A stretch of 64,000 bases of DNA. It comes from a virus. Lineage: Duplodnaviria > Caudoviricetes. Positions 60,525 to 64,000 of the stretch are shown in pieces (the first letter of the stretch is position 1; every line of letters begins with the position of its first letter). A program made the position numbers and the translations under genes. The DNA is taken from positions 1 to 64,000 of the IMG/VR virus record IMGVR_UViG_3300013830_000006, one strand, 5' to 3'. The notes below the pieces were generated by a model. That model made no database searches. It was not told where the DNA came from and worked only from the letters and a program-made list of their open reading frames with translations.

Positions 60525-60974
60525 TTACTCCAAACTTGCTGTATCTGTAGTATTACTAAACTTTAATTTTATTTCATTAGTCTTTTTATCTGTAGTTATA
60601 TCACCGGTAATGAAAGCCGATTCAAAACCTGTAGATGACATAGGTTCTATAGCTATTTTAAAAGCTATAGTGTATAATCCATTCTTTACATCTTTTTGAT
60701 AATCAGATACTGAAAATTCACAATCAAAATTATAATCCCTAAATTTATTAGACAAAAAATTTTTTACAGTACTTTCTAACGTACTGGCAAATAAATCTCT
60801 GTCGCTATCATACTTGGAAGATAAGTATCTGAAACTATATAATCGATCTTCCCAGAGATCAGAAGTTCCGCCTGGATTCATGATAAAAAATTTAACGAAA
60901 TGCATAACCTGATCTCTAACATCAGTCAGATATCCAGCTGATGAAGATAAAGTAGGTGTTATACTTATGGCCAT
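60525..60974 (-). CDS. Conserved jumbo-phage protein (phiKZ gp62-like by synteny)
   Basis: N-terminal PTLSS..GY pattern; synteny. Confidence 0.45.
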   Translation of the reverse strand: MAISITPTLSSSAGYLTDVRDQVMHFVKFFIMNPGGTSDLWEDRLYSFRYLSSKYDSDRDLFASTLESTVKNFLSNKFRDYNFDCEFSVSDYQKDVKNGLYTIAFKIAIEPMSSTGFESAFITGDITTDKKTNEIKLKFSNTTDTASLE

Positions 60975-61081
60975 AGATATTATCCTTGATTTTACTGTAC
61001 TATCTTATAATCAGCTGTAAACAAAAAATAAAAGCAGCAGTCTTTCGACTGCTGCCCATTATTACTACAACCTATCAGAAA

Positions 61082-61810
61082 TTACTTAGGTCTCCTACCC
61101 CTGAGATTGATCTTCTGATATTTAGTCGACGAGAAGATCTTTGCCAATTCTGCAAGAGTCGTCTGCTTGTTAATTTCATCGAAGCCATATACTTTAAGTA
61201 CTGACTTGATGGATCTCGAAACATACTTGATGTACTCATGAAACGCAGGGTACACTTCATCAAAAAGATGAACAATGTTGTATTCAACAAATACAGCTCT
61301 TGCCTTATTTTTCTGTGCCAAAAATTCCTTAGTGACTAACTTCAAATCAAGAAGCTGTGCAAACTTACATTCTCCGTACGCATGGTACGTAGGAGAATTG
61401 TAAATCTGCTTTGTGGATTCTACTCCAATTGACAGAAATGCATCAACCAATTCAGCCCATGCAAATTCGGCATTTTCAGGAATCTTCTCTGCAAACGGTG
61501 TATCCAGATCATACACCTGCTTAGATTCTTCCTGCTCTTCCGCCTTATTGTCAGCCTTACTGCCAGTTACTGCAAAGCTAATAGACTTATTTGCAGTATT
61601 CTTCTGAAGAGCATCCAAAAGAAGTTTACTAGCCTCGTCCTTGGTGAACTCACTAATTGCAATACTAGCACTCTCACCTTCCTTACTGCAAACATTAATG
61701 TTCACGGTAAGCCCCTTTTCAAAACCAGATAAAACAGCTACAACCATAGCCGTAATTCTAGAATCAACCATATTATCATTCTCCAAAAACACGCGTGTTA
61801 TTGAAGCCAA
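61082..61810 (-). CDS. Hypothetical protein ending in RGRRPK
   Basis: TTG start with GAGG RBS; TATATATTAC at 61837. Confidence 0.6.
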   Translation of the reverse strand: MASITRVFLENDNMVDSRITAMVVAVLSGFEKGLTVNINVCSKEGESASIAISEFTKDEASKLLLDALQKNTANKSISFAVTGSKADNKAEEQEESKQVYDLDTPFAEKIPENAEFAWAELVDAFLSIGVESTKQIYNSPTYHAYGECKFAQLLDLKLVTKEFLAQKNKARAVFVEYNIVHLFDEVYPAFHEYIKYVSRSIKSVLKVYGFDEINKQTTLAELAKIFSSTKYQKINLRGRRPK

Positions 61811-62089
61811 AACAGTTTTAGCCTCAAATCGTTAAAGTAATATATAATCAAAAAACTGATGAACTAAAAAAAAAAATAAAACTGCAATTAGCAGTTCGTA
61901 TAAGACCGGTGAGCTTCTCCTAATTTCTCTAGGATAACTCACCGGCTGTTCTGTTGCCTATATCAGTAGACTTCACAGGGCAACCACAATTTCCCTGCTT
62001 ATACTACTTAGTTCAGCTTCTGGTCCAGGATGCAGAACGCACCCTCCATTTATTTTTCGACGTTGGGATCTACGTCGGGAACCACCGGA

Positions 62090-62413
62090 CTAGTGGGTCA
62101 ACGCCTTAGCGCCGACTACCTGTCCGGCTTCGTTCCTCACGTACTCGGATACGCCGAGCACATCGGAACGGGAGCCGTGGAGGGCAGTCAACACCATTGC
62201 GCTTACCACGTAGTAGGTTCCCTCAACGGGATCAGGTAAACCCTGCACCTCGCCGAACGAGGTGGTGTTTACCTTCACACCGTCAAGGAGACCCACCTGC
62301 GTGGTATTTACAGCGCAGCGGGCGACGACACCGCTAGCCTCGATGGTTACTGACTCCCCAGTCACCTTAAACAAGGTGATGGCATGGGGAGTCAAGTTAA
62401 CCAACGTTGCCAT
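62090..62413 (-). CDS. Small beta-rich NLTPH-motif protein, GC-rich
   Basis: LVNLTPH..SG.VAR..GLPDP.EGTYYVVS..R.D..VRN..GQVVG; GGAGG RBS; motif at 62523. Confidence 0.7.
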   Translation of the reverse strand: MATLVNLTPHAITLFKVTGESVTIEASGVVARCAVNTTQVGLLDGVKVNTTSFGEVQGLPDPVEGTYYVVSAMVLTALHGSRSDVLGVSEYVRNEAGQVVGAKALTH

Positions 62414-62604
62414 TGGTATCCTCCAGCACTTGTGGGAGTGCTGTCCCTTGCATAGTCAAGTCGCGTGCTATGCCACGGAATTAAACACGTGAGCTTTTAT
62501 GGCTCATATTTAATTCATAAAAATAATATATAGACAAAAAAAAGACACCTACATATTTCTATGTAGGTGCCCATAACTCAATTATACGTATAACTAGTTA
62601 ACTA

Positions 62605-63225
62605 TTAACCATGCAGCGATGTAGGATCCGTGAAATCCAAATGACGGGTTTTAGGATTATCCATAAACTCATCAATGTAATCACGAGTGCTGCTGAGAGC
62701 CAGAGCCTGTTCCGGAGTAAGCTCACGGTCATCAGAATCACTCTTATATTCTACATCAATCTTATTGTCCTTGATATCGTCTGCAGTATACCTTATCTTA
62801 CCAGATTCACATGCGTTCTCAAAAGGATCGTTGATAGGCAACTCTTCAGGTTTAAACCCAAAGCCATCAATTCTCCCTTCGTTGAACATATCTCTGAGAG
62901 GTTCATAAGTAACGATTCCCATCCTCATACAAGGCGGAACACCTCTCATGAGTTCATCCATTGATGAAATCTCACGATATTCATCGAAACACTCATAGCC
63001 AACAGCAATAGCTTTGAGTTCCTCAGCACTCTGACGAATAGGTTCAACTATATGCGTCATGTACGTCTGGTACCCTTCTCGCATAGGATCTGCTTCTGAT
63101 CCAAAGTAACTACGACCACCTGTAGTACTCTCCAGATTATTAAGCAGCATTTGCTGAGAATTGCCACCCAACAAACTTCCTAACGAGAATAGATTACTGT
63201 TGACACGTAACGTGTCAATTATCAT
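62605..63225 (-). CDS. Conserved jumbo-phage protein (phiKZ gp59-like by synteny)
   Basis: ATGA overlap with the upstream RNAP exon; GGAGG RBS. Confidence 0.55.
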   Translation of the reverse strand: MIIDTLRVNSNLFSLGSLLGGNSQQMLLNNLESTTGGRSYFGSEADPMREGYQTYMTHIVEPIRQSAEELKAIAVGYECFDEYREISSMDELMRGVPPCMRMGIVTYEPLRDMFNEGRIDGFGFKPEELPINDPFENACESGKIRYTADDIKDNKIDVEYKSDSDDRELTPEQALALSSTRDYIDEFMDNPKTRHLDFTDPTSLHG

Positions 63226-64000
63226 TTTACCTCCTCATAATAATCACTATCTTTGTCATACTCCATATAGTTCTCAAGCATGACATACATTTGATTGAGC
63301 AATGTTACACTATCACTCAATCCTGGATTTCTCACATTGAATAAGAATTGCGACGGATGCGCAGCAGATAATGCTTCCGCTAACTCATCTTCAAATATGA
63401 AAAAGCCATATAACTCGTCACCATCGAAATGTCGGGATAGATTGTTTATTCAATATTCTAATATTGAACAAACTACCCCCCGCCAAACCGTACGTACGAC
63501 TTTCGCCGTATACGGCTTTCACCGAGTATTTCTACTCGCTAGAATCCTTCTCTCCACTGTTTATTATCACAGTTTCACAGATACTATGATTCCTCCGATT
63601 TCTCTCAAAAGAGAGACGTCCCTTACGAAATTTCGATCTTCAGTATATGAGTTCTTTTAGGTACTGCATATCCTTCAGAGCGCATCCAGATTTTTAATCC
63701 GTACTCATTTGGTAACATAGACTTATTTTAATCAAATGAGCTAGCCCCTGATGACTAATCCAGTTCGTGTTCCTTACCATAAGAACTTCCGCATCTGAGG
63801 TCTTTCCACAAAATACATCGCTATATTCTGCTGTCCTCTTCAAATGCTTTGCATTTTTCAGCAAATCGATCGAACTCAATAAGGCATACCTATGTTTGCC
63901 GGTGTAACTATACTTGCATTAATCTCAAGAGTTTCATCTGCTGGATTAGTCTTGAAATTTCTAACATATAGCAACATCATTGATCCATAATTTAACGTAG
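63222..64000 (-). CDS. Non-virion RNAP beta-prime-like catalytic subunit (phiKZ gp55-like), 5'-partial; exons 64000-63890 and 63430-63222
   Basis: Spliced translation TLNYGSMMLLYVRNFKTNPADETLEINASIVTPANI-D-FDGDELYGFFIFEDE...EEVK* restores NxDFDGD. Confidence 0.92.
63431..63889 (-). mobile_element. ORF-less group II intron (459 nt)
   Basis: 5' GTATG; domain V GAAAGCCGTATACGGCGAAAGTCGTACGTACGGTTTG; domain VI ending CTATCCCGAC; EBS1 CTATGTT complementary to exon end AACATAG. Confidence 0.93.

Noticed and set aside
379-62964. Many short antisense or alternate-frame ORFs nested in long genes
   Set aside because: Shadow ORFs with no recognisable motifs.
63295-63879. ORFs 63295-63660 (+) and 63694-63879 (-) as genes or a maturase
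   Set aside because: They overlap the RNAP exon and intron core and have no RT motifs.

Overview
An AT-rich 64-kb segment of a phiKZ-like (Chimalliviridae-type) jumbo phage, probably of an anaerobic host (nrdD/nrdG). Assignments come from motifs and remembered phiKZ synteny; no searches were run. It carries two tRNAs, a head-protease cluster, a virion RNAP beta-like subunit, and the non-virion RNAP block (gp55, gp68, gp71/73 and gp74-like). It also has RuvC, RecJ, NAD ligase, two SF2 helicases, SbcD, spike plus PAAR, and small cassettes behind a recurring TATATATTAY motif. Main signals the ORF track misses: (1) an ORF-less group II intron splitting the first Asp codon of the RNAP catalytic DFDGD motif; (2) three tandem ~200-nt structured RNAs with a CAGCAG motif upstream of a Ro60/TROVE-like DUF2828 gene; (3) nrdD broken by a group I intron and a mini-intein, with its glycyl-radical tail encoded as a separate 47-aa ORF; (4) a ~510-aa HExxH-containing insert in the virion RNAP, bounded by putative head-protease sites; (5) two more candidate ncRNAs; (6) a gene flanked by a 22-bp duplication of an RNAP gene end.
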